DNA of 64,000 nucleotides. It comes from a virus. Both the position numbers and the translations under genes were made by a program. Below the pieces are notes generated by a model, which had not been told where the DNA came from, ran no database searches, and saw nothing but the letters and a program-made list of their open reading frames with translations. Location: positions 1 through 64,000 of the IMG/VR virus record IMGVR_UViG_3300033148_003376; one strand, given 5' to 3'. Below are positions 18,406 through 27,789 of the stretch, piece after piece; the first letter of the stretch is position 1, and the number at the start of each line of letters is the position of its first letter.

Positions 18406-18969
18406 TCAGCTCTCCTGACAGATCTTCAGAATCCGTTTCAATTGGTCCTTGGTGAGAGATCCGGTTGACTCGACGTAGAAATCGTCATCTCCTTTGGACT
18501 TGATCTTGATGTCGTTCATGTGGAATTCGACATAGGATATACACGTATATGCATGATAACATTTGAACTCAGATACGATTCGTTTTTTCAGCTTCTCGGT
18601 CTCCAGACGACATCGTTCCGTTTTATCTCGTGCTTTCTTATCAGCAACCGATTCTGCCAACAAATGCTCGAATGCATCATGGAACTTTTTTGCCACATTC
18701 TTTGTCTCGAAAGTGCCCCATGTCCGAATACTGGGATACGAGTACGAAAACTTCAGCCGGTATCCGGTCCAGTTGAAAAGGTCGCCAGTCTGATTCCACA
18801 TGATATACCGATCGATCCCTTCCCGGTGAATGGAGGATTGATTGAATCTGGATTTGTTACTGACTTCGTACAGCTTCTTTCCGGCGATCTTGTTCATCTC
18901 AGCACAGAGTTTGTCCCAGTTCGACTTGTCCTCGACGATCTCCCGGATCTTTCCCTCGCTCTCTCGCAT
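18406..18969 (-). CDS. Hypothetical early protein
   Basis: 187 aa; operon on - strand. Confidence 0.7.
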   Translation of the reverse strand: MRESEGKIREIVEDKSNWDKLCAEMNKIAGKKLYEVSNKSRFNQSSIHREGIDRYIMWNQTGDLFNWTGYRLKFSYSYPSIRTWGTFETKNVAKKFHDAFEHLLAESVADKKARDKTERCRLETEKLKKRIVSEFKCYHAYTCISYVEFHMNDIKIKSKGDDDFYVESTGSLTKDQLKRILKICQES

Positions 18970-18972
18970 TTT

Positions 18973-19257
18973 TCACTCCTTGGATTCTTTCGACAACGAG
19001 ACGCCGACCGTTGGACCATGATTCACGAGTTTCTCGACGACTTGTTGCATGGAAAAATAATTCCTTCCCATGTCTCCCAAACAGAAATACTTTTGAAGCC
19101 ATGTCACGATCTCACGTGGGTTCTTTGTCATACCGATCTGGAAACCCTGTTGTTCGAAGATCTTCATCAGATCTTCGGGTCCGATGTCATTCCAACAATA
19201 CGACTCGACCCATCCTTCGATAAGCTCTTTCAAAGTCAACTTCTCTTCTTCACTCAT
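18973..19257 (-). CDS. Hypothetical early protein
   Basis: GGAGGA RBS. Confidence 0.65.
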   Translation of the reverse strand: MSEEEKLTLKELIEGWVESYCWNDIGPEDLMKIFEQQGFQIGMTKNPREIVTWLQKYFCLGDMGRNYFSMQQVVEKLVNHGPTVGVSLSKESKE

Positions 19258-19366
19258 GTCAATCCTCCTTTGGGTATAGTACTTAGTTTACCTTTGTACT
19301 GACGACGTACCTCAGTCTTGATTGCCTCGGTTAGTTCTCGTTTGTTCAGTCGCATATTCTCCTCGA

Positions 19367-19639
19367 TCATGCCGCCACCAGCCATTCTCTCGCAGTCTTA
19401 CGAGCCTCTTTCGCCGCAGTGTCACCACAGTTGTCATCCATGTACCCAGGCGCGTCGAAAATTTTACGTCGGATCGAGATACCTTCGGCACACTCTTTGA
19501 CGACATAGCGTCGTTGATTCATTGCAGAATTCAATACCTCATGAACAACGACAGTCGTGTACCAGAAAACTCTACCGGTACGAGGATCTTTGAAATCGCG
19601 GTTTGAACGACCTTTGAAGATAGTGTTGACGTTGACCAT
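19367..19639 (-). CDS. Hypothetical early protein
   Basis: AAGGA RBS. Confidence 0.6.
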   Translation of the reverse strand: MVNVNTIFKGRSNRDFKDPRTGRVFWYTTVVVHEVLNSAMNQRRYVVKECAEGISIRRKIFDAPGYMDDNCGDTAAKEARKTAREWLVAA

Positions 19640-19641
19640 CG

Positions 19642-19911
19642 TTATTGTCCTTTCACGACTTGGCGAGCCTCTTTGTCGTATCTTCCAGGGAGTGTCGAGA
19701 CGATGACCGTATTCATTCCGTAGGTCTTGTAAGCCCAAAGATGTGCTTCATAGAGTACATCACAGTCTGTTTCCTGTTCTGGATCGTATTCGAACTCGAA
19801 CCCATCGAGAAAGAGTTCATTGAGAGTCATCTGCGGAATCATGAACCAACGACTGTATTGGTTCCACACTGGCGATTCTTTGAAAATTTGGATTCTCTCT
19901 TTTAACGCCAT
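19642..19911 (-). CDS. Hypothetical early protein
   Basis: First gene after promoter copy 5. Confidence 0.65.
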   Translation of the reverse strand: MALKERIQIFKESPVWNQYSRWFMIPQMTLNELFLDGFEFEYDPEQETDCDVLYEAHLWAYKTYGMNTVIVSTLPGRYDKEARQVVKGQ

Positions 19912-19921
19912 GACGAATCTC

Positions 19922-19985
19922 CCGAGAAAGAGTGAAAACCCTGACCACTCTTTAAGTATAACAAACTATGGTGTGTTTGTCAAGG
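19922..19985 (-). promoter_or_regulatory. Early promoter cassette, copy 5
   Basis: Exact reverse complement of 4667-4730. Confidence 0.9.
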
Positions 19986-20019
19986 GAAATCAGAGTGAAA
20001 TTAATGATTTGATTGGTGG

Positions 20020-20223
20020 TTATGATTGGAGTTCCTTTTTTTCCTGTTTGATTATTTCGTGTACTGCTGATCTGAAGGCGATAGCGTACGCCATGCTTTC
20101 CAGCATTTCTCTCCATACCTCATCGTTTGGATATTCTTTCAGCAATCTATCGTGTTCTCTCTCATATTTCAGGGCGGCTTTTATTAAATTGTTTTTTACT
20201 CGTTTTAACAAGCCTGTTTTCAT
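20020..20223 (-). CDS. Hypothetical protein
   Basis: GAGGGG RBS. Confidence 0.6.
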   Translation of the reverse strand: MKTGLLKRVKNNLIKAALKYEREHDRLLKEYPNDEVWREMLESMAYAIAFRSAVHEIIKQEKKELQS

Positions 20224-20243
20224 CTCGTATCCCCTCTCTCACC

Positions 20244-20468
20244 TCAACGTTTGCTATACTCGATAAAATAGCTGAAATCATAATCGTCGTATGTTGTGTA
20301 CAAAACGTCAAAATTGCTTTCGACAATAATTTTCATGTCTTCATGGCTATAGGCAGCATAGGTAACACCAATTCCAGCATTAAATATTTGCCATGTATAT
20401 ACAGCAGTAGAGGCTTCGCCTTCTTCTTTGAGCAGCTTTTTCAGATATTCAACAACCTTCTTTTCCAT
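20244..20468 (-). CDS. Hypothetical protein
   Basis: GGGAGA RBS after the promoter. Confidence 0.6.
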   Translation of the reverse strand: MEKKVVEYLKKLLKEEGEASTAVYTWQIFNAGIGVTYAAYSHEDMKIIVESNFDVLYTTYDDYDFSYFIEYSKR

Positions 20469-20487
20469 CGTTTCTCCCGATGTTTCT

Positions 20488-20535
20488 CCCTGACCACTCT
20501 TTAAGTATAACAAACTATGGTGTGTTTGTCAAGGA
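20488..20535 (-). promoter_or_regulatory. Early promoter cassette, copy 6
   Basis: Reverse complement of TTGACA (20527-20532) and TATACT (20504-20509). Confidence 0.9.
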
Positions 20536-20991
20536 TTATGTTACATCTGGATCGAATAGGATCCGTAGAGTGAAATCGAATCGTTCCCGGGTTGGTGTCC
20601 GTCTGATTTGCGGAATCTCCCATATCCCTCGACATAGTAATAAAGCTTGGTTTCTCTGGAAATTCTACGAGTCAGTGTTCTGTTCAACAACCCGTTGTAG
20701 AGTGTTACCGCGTCACCAGCCTTTTTCTCTTTTATGACGACTCTCCAGCCAGGTTGTGTCGGTCAATACCCCTTATAACAGGTCTTTACCTTTGGAGCGT
20801 TTCTCCGTTCAATGATTCCGTCAAGCCGCTCTACTTCGTTTGCAGCCCACAGTAAGAGCGCTTTTGTTTCTCCTGAAAATTGATTAGCAAACTCTCTCAA
20901 CGAAACGACCTTTTCTCGCTTTTCTCCTGTTAGCATAACCATCCTCCCCTTTGTATATTTTTGAAAGCGTTGGTTTCGGAAGATGTTTTCA

Positions 20992-21273
20992 TCACTTGCT
21001 CACTTTCAGCCAAATCAATCTGAATTGGGCCATGTTCATGATTATCGTTGCCATCTCATTAGGAGAGAACGTATGACTCTGACGCAAATTCCCTTTGTAC
21101 AGATCCCACCGTTTTCCAGGACGAACTCCCTTGCCGTCTTCGAGATCATATTGGAACTTCGACTCGTGAACCCACCAACCACGAGGAAGAAGCGAAGCCA
21201 GTTCGACGAGGAGTTTTATCGTCACCCGTTTCCGAGCGGAAAGCTTTTTCTTCATTTTGCCGAGCTTCGACAT
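20992..21273 (-). CDS. Hypothetical basic protein
   Basis: GAGGA RBS. Confidence 0.55.
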   Translation of the reverse strand: MSKLGKMKKKLSARKRVTIKLLVELASLLPRGWWVHESKFQYDLEDGKGVRPGKRWDLYKGNLRQSHTFSPNEMATIIMNMAQFRLIWLKVSK

Positions 21274-21427
21274 GATTATCCTCGATGAACCATTTCAATC
21301 CTGGGTTTGACACATTGGACAGACACCTGAGAGTTCCTGACAAAATGACTGGGGTTGAGAACCGCGGCAACAAAAACGACAACCAACATGATTTTGAGAG
21401 TCTTCATTGTTTCTCCGAGGAAGTGAG

Positions 21428-21477
21428 AACCCTGACCACTCTTTAAGTATAACAAATTAGAGTGTGTTTGTCAAGGA
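21428..21477 (-). promoter_or_regulatory. Early promoter cassette, copy 7 (spacer allele B)
   Basis: Reverse complement of TTGACA (21469-21474) and TATACT (21446-21451). Confidence 0.9.
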
Positions 21478-21598
21478 TATTTCGTGTAAACTCGAGAATA
21501 TTTCATATGAAGTCGGTCATATTTCATAGTCTCTCATGATATCTTCCTACTAAGTCCACACTTTTACCCACTAAATAACGGTACCCTCGTATTAGTCC

Positions 21599-21627
21599 TT
21601 GATTTCTTCTTACGAACACTGTATAAT
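21599..21627 (+). promoter_or_regulatory. sigma70-like promoter; nearly leaderless transcript
   Basis: TTGATT-N17-TATAAT, ATG 9 nt downstream. Confidence 0.55.
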
Positions 21628-21635
21628 TTCATACA

Positions 21636-22076
21636 ATGACAAAAATCGTCCTAAACATACTGACATCTGTACACGAGGTACGAAAAGTCTGTCGTAATGG
21701 CTGGGAATCAAAGGCTGTACTGAAAGACGTCGAAAACACCTCGTCAGAAAGACGAATCCTCGACATCGACAAGTGTGCGATCGACGCACGAGAAGTCTAC
21801 GCGGTGTCTCATTCAAAGGAAAACCTCGAATCGAAACACAGTCAGGTCTATGCCTTATTCAGTCTTCATTTTAACTCCGGACCCGTTGTCAAATTCTGGG
21901 TCATCGGAAAGAACCGGTCCACGAACGTCTACAAAAAATTATTGGAACATGTTGGAAACCCCTCTACACAAAGGTTCTGTAAAATCAATCAAGATGAACA
22001 CAAACGCGCAATCATACGGACAAACCGTCGTCTCATCGTTGTGTCATATGACATTAACAACGCAGATTTGGAATAA
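21636..22076 (+). CDS. Hypothetical protein
   Basis: 146-aa ORF. Confidence 0.6.
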   Translation: MTKIVLNILTSVHEVRKVCRNGWESKAVLKDVENTSSERRILDIDKCAIDAREVYAVSHSKENLESKHSQVYALFSLHFNSGPVVKFWVIGKNRSTNVYKKLLEHVGNPSTQRFCKINQDEHKRAIIRTNRRLIVVSYDINNADLE

Positions 22077-22091
22077 TTCAAAATTTGTGAT

Positions 22092-22598
22092 ATGAAGAGA
22101 TCTCAACAATCACCGACGGAGGGATGGTTTATGCTAGATGTCGCCAAAATGATTTTCGATTACGCCAAAACTGAAACGTGTATGTCAGGAATTGGAACCA
22201 GATTTCTCGACGCAGCGCATGAAGAACTCCAACCAAATTTACAACGCAAGACTGACAAACTTCAACACACTGCAGATCAGATACGAGATCTCAAAGTAGC
22301 AGAAGACGCCGACGATATCGCGTGGATTGACTCGGATGCGTGGTACTCGTTATCTATGACTTTGAAAGCTGCAATCATCAGGTTCATTGATCCGTTTCGT
22401 CTCGGTGGGAACACTTACTTTCGTTTCTCTGATTTTCTTGAAAATGAGAACAAGCATAATATCACCGCAAAGCAAGAGATGCCAGTCTCTATTGTCAAGA
22501 CTGCAACAGCATACAGGTTTTCGACAGTGTCATTCAAACCTCGTCGTGGTATTCCAATCAGCGGACGCGTCTGTCAAGTATTTGGAGGAACCGCGTGA
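22092..22598 (+). CDS. Hypothetical protein
   Basis: 168-aa ORF. Confidence 0.6.
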   Translation: MKRSQQSPTEGWFMLDVAKMIFDYAKTETCMSGIGTRFLDAAHEELQPNLQRKTDKLQHTADQIRDLKVAEDADDIAWIDSDAWYSLSMTLKAAIIRFIDPFRLGGNTYFRFSDFLENENKHNITAKQEMPVSIVKTATAYRFSTVSFKPRRGIPISGRVCQVFGGTA

Positions 22599-22837
22599 TC
22601 GTCCAACCCTCTGATATATTCAAATTACTACGAATAAAAGATGAGGATGAGGCAAAGAAGATTCTCACGAATGCATATAATTTGCTGTTGTATCTACAGC
22701 CTGGAGATCAGCTTCAAGTGCCCAGTGCAGATTTCGAAAAGATCTCTCATGATCTATTGTATCTGAAGCCGCACATTAAGCTGGACCAAACACTTAACAC
22801 GCTCGAAAAGAGTCGGATCATCAACTTGGTTCTATGA
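22595..22837 (+). CDS. Small Mor-like hypothetical protein
   Basis: LLYLQPGDQLQVPS; translationally coupled. Confidence 0.5.
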   Translation: MIVQPSDIFKLLRIKDEDEAKKILTNAYNLLLYLQPGDQLQVPSADFEKISHDLLYLKPHIKLDQTLNTLEKSRIINLVL

Positions 22838-24072
22838 AACAATACGCATACGATTTAAAAAATCTCGAAGACGAGTTGTCGAAGAGCTACGCTGGATTTG
22901 TCGAATCAAATGACGACGGGACCAGGACCAGTCTGTTCGATAGTATTCAAGATCTCGCGATAGCGATCCTAAAAGTCGGAAAATATCGCAACACAGATCT
23001 TGATAAAGATCAGATGTCGTATGACTACGCGTGTTCTTTATTCGAACGCATCGTTAGTGGAGACTGGATTCCCGAAATCCGAAGTGATAGATTCCCATGG
23101 CAAAAATACGTATCGAAAAACATCTTGGATACCATACATCCAAAAAAATCAAAAACCGACTCGGTCAATGAGCTTGTAAGTGATCTCGAATACATTCTCA
23201 ACACAACAAGTGCATCGATCTTCGATTCCATACCAGAAACACCGGATCAAAACCTCAAACGACAAGACCTTGCATATGCTCTGTATGATGCGATCAAGAT
23301 ACACTATTCAGACAAAGAAATACGAAGACTCTTTGGCATCAGTATCGATCTTGTGTTAGACAAAAACAAATGGACTATGCTCAAGAATTATCCACAAGAC
23401 ATTAAAGATTTCGTCATCGTACTCGTGTGCATGGCCAAGCGATTAATATTAGATAACAACATCAATCGAGGTAGAGATATCCACCGTGGAGATCTTTCAA
23501 AGATCATGTCGAGTGTGACTCGTTCGTCTATTTTCCTATCAGCGATCGTAAATCCGAACCGACGTAAATTCGTACAGAAAGAATTATTACTCGCACTCGA
23601 TCTCGCATCGATCTACAGATTGGCTTACGCTTTAGGTGGAAAACTCATACGCATTCCGTCTATAGACATGCTCGACACGCTTGTGGGTACGTCTGTTATT
23701 CTCGCCAAGCGTATTCTTGAAGGCAAGAAATTAGACCGGAATACACGTCAGAAGGTAAGCAGAGACTACGGTATCATTTTCAGACAAGAGCCAAACCTGA
23801 CTATCCAGGAATTTTGCTCAAAAGCGATCGAAGTCTATGAGACGTTCCAAACCGCTGAAGATATCAAGCCTATCATGGATTCGATTCTGAAATCTGCTAA
23901 ATCCCTTGAGATAGCAGCGTCAAAAATCTGTGAAAATCCAGAAATGGAAGGCTACAGAGAAATACTATCAGACTATTCTACGGTGATTGAGTCACTCCTT
24001 AGAGTGGGAGCGTCGATCGAAATAATCCATCAAAAGATCCAGAAAAAGGCTTTCAATGAACAGCAAGATTAA
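22834..24072 (+). CDS. Putative transcription factor (sigma-region-2-like N-terminus, Mor-like GGxxIRIP)
   Basis: 412 aa, helical; LAYALGGKLIRIPS. Confidence 0.4.
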   Translation: MKQYAYDLKNLEDELSKSYAGFVESNDDGTRTSLFDSIQDLAIAILKVGKYRNTDLDKDQMSYDYACSLFERIVSGDWIPEIRSDRFPWQKYVSKNILDTIHPKKSKTDSVNELVSDLEYILNTTSASIFDSIPETPDQNLKRQDLAYALYDAIKIHYSDKEIRRLFGISIDLVLDKNKWTMLKNYPQDIKDFVIVLVCMAKRLILDNNINRGRDIHRGDLSKIMSSVTRSSIFLSAIVNPNRRKFVQKELLLALDLASIYRLAYALGGKLIRIPSIDMLDTLVGTSVILAKRILEGKKLDRNTRQKVSRDYGIIFRQEPNLTIQEFCSKAIEVYETFQTAEDIKPIMDSILKSAKSLEIAASKICENPEMEGYREILSDYSTVIESLLRVGASIEIIHQKIQKKAFNEQQD

Positions 24073-24937
24073 CGACAAGATTTTTGATTTTTACAGGTTC
24101 GCCTTTGAACGACAATCAATATGGCACAGACGAAATGTGGAAAAAATGACATATCCCTGGACAAACGATGAGATCCTACAGCGATATCAAATATGCAATG
24201 TCTTCAGACAGCTAGATAAAGGCACTCAGTATATTATCAATAAGGTCTTGAAACAGAACATCGACAATGAATCGAAGATCTTCAATGCGATCATTTATAG
24301 ACTGTTCAACCTACATGGACTATTCGAGCACATCTTTTACGGTCTCGTCAATCCAAAGACATACACGTTTATACATTACGAGAAAGAACTAGAAGAGAAA
24401 AAGAAAAAAGGACAACAGCTATTTCACTGTGCTTACCTCGTGAATCAACACCCATACAATCGTTTCTATAGACCTCGTGAGAAGCACATTCAGATCCTAC
24501 TCATACTCGAATATGTTACACGAGGTCTCAAAGGACTTGCAGAGTACATATCCAAGTCAAATCCCACCGACTGTATCAAAGGATTGACGTCTGTTCCAAA
24601 GATCGGCGACTTCCTCGGTGGTCAAATTCTTCTCGACCTATCATATGCCGGAATTCCACCGTTCAACGACGATTTTTGTATCGTCGGTCCAGGTGCAACA
24701 TATTCATTACAATTCATGTTCGATACGACTACTATAGTTCAGGGGAAATTACAGGAATTATGTAAACGTGTATGTGAAGAACAAACATGTCTCGCTGACA
24801 TTGGAAACTGGAATGAGATCGTACCAGGCGAGTTCGATCAATTGAGTCTTGGAAATATCGAACATTCTCTTGGAGCGTACAGTAGATATCTCAAACTCAA
24901 GACGGGTACAGGGAAAGGACGACGTTACAAAAGATGA
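24056..24937 (+). CDS. 5-hmdU DNA kinase-like (aGPT-Pplase1) DNA hypermodification protein
   Basis: ERQSIWHRR...PWTNDEILQRYQICNVFRQLDKGTQY...IGDFLGGQILLDL...VGPGA. Confidence 0.8.
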   Translation: MNSKINDKIFDFYRFAFERQSIWHRRNVEKMTYPWTNDEILQRYQICNVFRQLDKGTQYIINKVLKQNIDNESKIFNAIIYRLFNLHGLFEHIFYGLVNPKTYTFIHYEKELEEKKKKGQQLFHCAYLVNQHPYNRFYRPREKHIQILLILEYVTRGLKGLAEYISKSNPTDCIKGLTSVPKIGDFLGGQILLDLSYAGIPPFNDDFCIVGPGATYSLQFMFDTTTIVQGKLQELCKRVCEEQTCLADIGNWNEIVPGEFDQLSLGNIEHSLGAYSRYLKLKTGTGKGRRYKR

Positions 24938-25128
24938 AACGACAAGTGGTCCTATTTGATAACGAGATACAAAGCAGAAAACGCTTACTCGCGTTCATAC
25001 GGTTTCTATGTCTTGTATTACCTGTGTGTGTGTTCGTGTTGTCATTTCATATGAATAGCGTCGAGATGATAATTGTGTTTGCAGTTGTTACTTTCCAAAA
25101 CCTACTTGTTTTGAAATACATGAAGTGA
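24934..25128 (+). CDS. Small membrane protein (2 TM)
   Basis: Two hydrophobic segments. Confidence 0.5.
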   Translation: MKRQVVLFDNEIQSRKRLLAFIRFLCLVLPVCVFVLSFHMNSVEMIIVFAVVTFQNLLVLKYMK

Positions 25129-25147
25129 CATATCAGACTTTGAATTT

Positions 25148-25468
25148 TTGGAGAATTGTCATATGGATTCTATCGAAGAAATAACAGCACAGGCAATGGG
25201 ACTTGTAACGGCTGAGACAAAAAGCGCTGAATTGCTCAACATCGAAGTTGTGCGCGAGTTGAACGAAGATCTCGGATTCGATAGCATTAACGATCTTAAA
25301 TGGTACAAAACAAAAGTCGGTATCGCTGTTGTATCGATGAATGCAGACGACATAGATAACATCAGGATCGCACGAATCGAATGGGATGAGGTGGTACGTG
25401 TCGATCTCCCGAGATTCAGATTGTACATCTCGGTATTTGAGTGTCAAAACTTCCTTGACATAGAATAG
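25148..25468 (+). CDS. Hypothetical protein
   Basis: Acidic ORF; likely start MDSIEE. Confidence 0.55.
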   Translation: MENCHMDSIEEITAQAMGLVTAETKSAELLNIEVVRELNEDLGFDSINDLKWYKTKVGIAVVSMNADDIDNIRIARIEWDEVVRVDLPRFRLYISVFECQNFLDIE

Positions 25469-25600
25469 GGATTGGCAATTCATTCGACAACGCATCCTAA
25501 AAAGTATTTGGTGACAGCGGGATACGTGGAGTAATGTCCTGTTAACATAATACTTGACAAATATTATCAAATCGTTATATATCCTAACAAGAGGTAGATA

Positions 25601-26191
25601 ATGGCATTCGTCACCACGAAAGTCGCATCAGAGAAACTCGGTGTACATTCCAATACCCTTAGACTATGGGATAAACTCGGGAAGATCAAAACGATCCGGA
25701 CACCGGGTAATAACAGATTGTACGATCTGAGTTCTTTGGAATCCACCCAGAAGAAAAAGATCATCTATATCCGTGTCAGTTCAAGGAACCAAAAAGATGA
25801 CCTGCGAAATCAGATTGAATACGTTAGAAAACGATATCCAAATCACGAGTATATCGAAGACATTGGCTCCGGTCTCAACTTCAAACGTAAAGGACTTAAA
25901 GTCCTATTGGAATCAATCATGTCTGGAGATGTCGAAGAAGTGGTCGTCGCTCACAAAGACAGATTGTGTCGATTTGGATTTGAACTCATTGAACAGATTG
26001 CAAGTCAATACAATACAAGAATCGTGGTACTCAGCGAGAGTAAACTCTCTCCTCAAGAAGAAATCGTTCAAGACCTTCTTTCCATCATCCATGTTTTCTC
26101 CTGTAGGCTTTATGGTCTCAGAAGATACAGTCGTGAGATCAAAGAAGATAAAAATTTATCCAAAAAAGGAAAATCAAAGTCTTCTAAATAG
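25601..26191 (+). CDS. tnpA: IS607 transposase (MerR-HTH plus serine recombinase)
   Basis: LGVHSNTLRLWD...YIRVSS..QKDDL..Q...EDIGSGLNFKR...KDRLCRFG. Confidence 0.95.
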   Translation: MAFVTTKVASEKLGVHSNTLRLWDKLGKIKTIRTPGNNRLYDLSSLESTQKKKIIYIRVSSRNQKDDLRNQIEYVRKRYPNHEYIEDIGSGLNFKRKGLKVLLESIMSGDVEEVVVAHKDRLCRFGFELIEQIASQYNTRIVVLSESKLSPQEEIVQDLLSIIHVFSCRLYGLRRYSREIKEDKNLSKKGKSKSSK

Positions 26192-27212
26192 GTATCTGGG
26201 ACTATCCCGCTATTGGTTCAATCAAGCGATTGAATATCTGAGACAACCAGACACAAAGGCGTATCTTCCAGAGGTGAGAAAGATTCAAAAGAACGAACAT
26301 CCTATTTGGGCACTTGACTGTCCACAACGCGTCCGTGAACACGCAATAAGCGATGCATGTAAAGCTGTGAAGAATGCAAAATCAAAATATCATTCTGGAA
26401 ACGGGTTTCAAAGAGTATCATTTCGTTCAAAAAAGAATCCAAGTCAGTATTTTGGTTTTGATCTCGTAAGTCTTAATGATAGTTTCATTTTCAAACAAAA
26501 GAAATACAAAGGAGAATTCTATGCATCAGAATCATTCAGACATGAGTTAGAGGGAATAAGAATCAAAAGAGAAAACGGAAGATGGTTTCTTATCATTCCA
26601 CAAAGACGACATATCAAAGTACCTGAGAACCAAAGACTGAAGTATGTCGCACTCGATCCAGGGATAAGAACTTTCACGTCATTTTTCTCTCCAGAAGTCT
26701 TTGGTAAAATAGGCGAAAGCGACTTCAGACAAATCTTCAGACTCTGTCTTTCGATGGATCGCTTGATTTCGAAGACGAGTAAGGTGCGGTGTAAGACTAG
26801 ACGCAGAATGAAAAAGGCGTTGCAACGAATCCGATGGAGAATCAGAAATCTAATAGACGAACTTCACCGAAAGACAGCGCATTTCCTTGTTACTCGCTTC
26901 GATGTCGTTTTCATACCGACATTTGAGACGTCTGAAATGGTCACAACACTGAGGTCCAAGACAGCAAGGAGCATGCTCAATTTTGCTCATTACAGATTCA
27001 AACAGTTCCTGAAGACAAAGGGCGAAGAATACTCGTGTGAAGTCGTTGAAGTCAGTGAAGCCTATACATCAAGGACGTGTTCGTTTTGTGGAAAGGTACA
27101 CAATATTGGTAGCAAGAAAACTCTTCGCTGTCGATGTGGTGTATCGGTGGATCGAGATCTCAACGGCGCACGTGGTATTTTACTACGTGCTTTGATGGTT
27201 ACATCCCATTAG
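25773..27212 (+). CDS. tnpB: IS607 TnpB with rearranged (pro-Fanzor-type) RuvC
   Basis: KIKIYP; ALDPGIRTF; FIPTF; VSEAYTSRTC; DRDLNGARGI; start uncertain, ORF overlaps tnpA. Confidence 0.9.
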   Translation: MSVQGTKKMTCEIRLNTLENDIQITSISKTLAPVSTSNVKDLKSYWNQSCLEMSKKWSSLTKTDCVDLDLNSLNRLQVNTIQESWYSARVNSLLKKKSFKTFFPSSMFSPVGFMVSEDTVVRSKKIKIYPKKENQSLLNRYLGLSRYWFNQAIEYLRQPDTKAYLPEVRKIQKNEHPIWALDCPQRVREHAISDACKAVKNAKSKYHSGNGFQRVSFRSKKNPSQYFGFDLVSLNDSFIFKQKKYKGEFYASESFRHELEGIRIKRENGRWFLIIPQRRHIKVPENQRLKYVALDPGIRTFTSFFSPEVFGKIGESDFRQIFRLCLSMDRLISKTSKVRCKTRRRMKKALQRIRWRIRNLIDELHRKTAHFLVTRFDVVFIPTFETSEMVTTLRSKTARSMLNFAHYRFKQFLKTKGEEYSCEVVEVSEAYTSRTCSFCGKVHNIGSKKTLRCRCGVSVDRDLNGARGILLRALMVTSH

Positions 27213-27303
27213 TTTTTGGTTAATGGCATTTGTTAACATTAGTTAGCAGAAAGGTAACAGAACTGAGGCAAGAACTAGAACGTCAACACGGAGGAAAAGA
27301 AAG

Positions 27304-27750
27304 ATGCAACCAACAGCAGTCGGGAAAAGAATCGAACAAGTCTTGAAGACCAACAAGGAATTCATGAGCGGGTACCAAATCTATGACCAACTTCCTGGTC
27401 CCATGAAGAAATCGATGCTGAGTGCATGTAAAGGAAGTCACGAGAAACTCGGCGTCATCGTCAACAAACACGCTCGTAATCTCAAGACGGTGTGGTCACA
27501 ACGCATGGCCAACGGGAATGTTTGCTACGTCATCGACAACGAGATCGTGAAACCGAGTGGACCCGTCGTGATTTACCGGTACGAGAAGAAGAGTACCGTC
27601 AAAAAGCCTGTTAAAACGAGTCCTGTTCGTCGAGGTAAACCACCGAAAGCAGAGACGGTCGCCAAGAAAACCGCCAAAAAGACACCTGCTCGTCGAGGTC
27701 GTCCAGCGAAGAAAAAGACAGCAGTCAAAAGACCGGTCACCAAGAAGTGA
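27304..27750 (+). CDS. Basic DNA-binding protein with AT-hook/histone H1-like tail
   Basis: RRGKP, RRGRP, KKTAKKTPA. Confidence 0.7.
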   Translation: MQPTAVGKRIEQVLKTNKEFMSGYQIYDQLPGPMKKSMLSACKGSHEKLGVIVNKHARNLKTVWSQRMANGNVCYVIDNEIVKPSGPVVIYRYEKKSTVKKPVKTSPVRRGKPPKAETVAKKTAKKTPARRGRPAKKKTAVKRPVTKK

Positions 27751-27789
27751 TTCGAATGTTATGGCAATTAGGCCATGACTGATCCCCCG

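Larger units (their letters stand above)
25535..27262 (+). mobile_element. IS607-family element
   Basis: Serine-recombinase tnpA plus tnpB; TGTTAACAT at both ends (25540, 27231); ends approximate. Confidence 0.9.

Noticed and set aside
18520-19302. 260-aa + strand ORF
   Set aside because: Overlaps two well-formed - strand genes downstream of a cassette promoter
1051-21477. Recurrent ~45-nt repeat as a CRISPR array
   Set aside because: Copies are 0.5-15 kb apart, separated by genes, contain perfect -35/-10 boxes, and no cas genes are present
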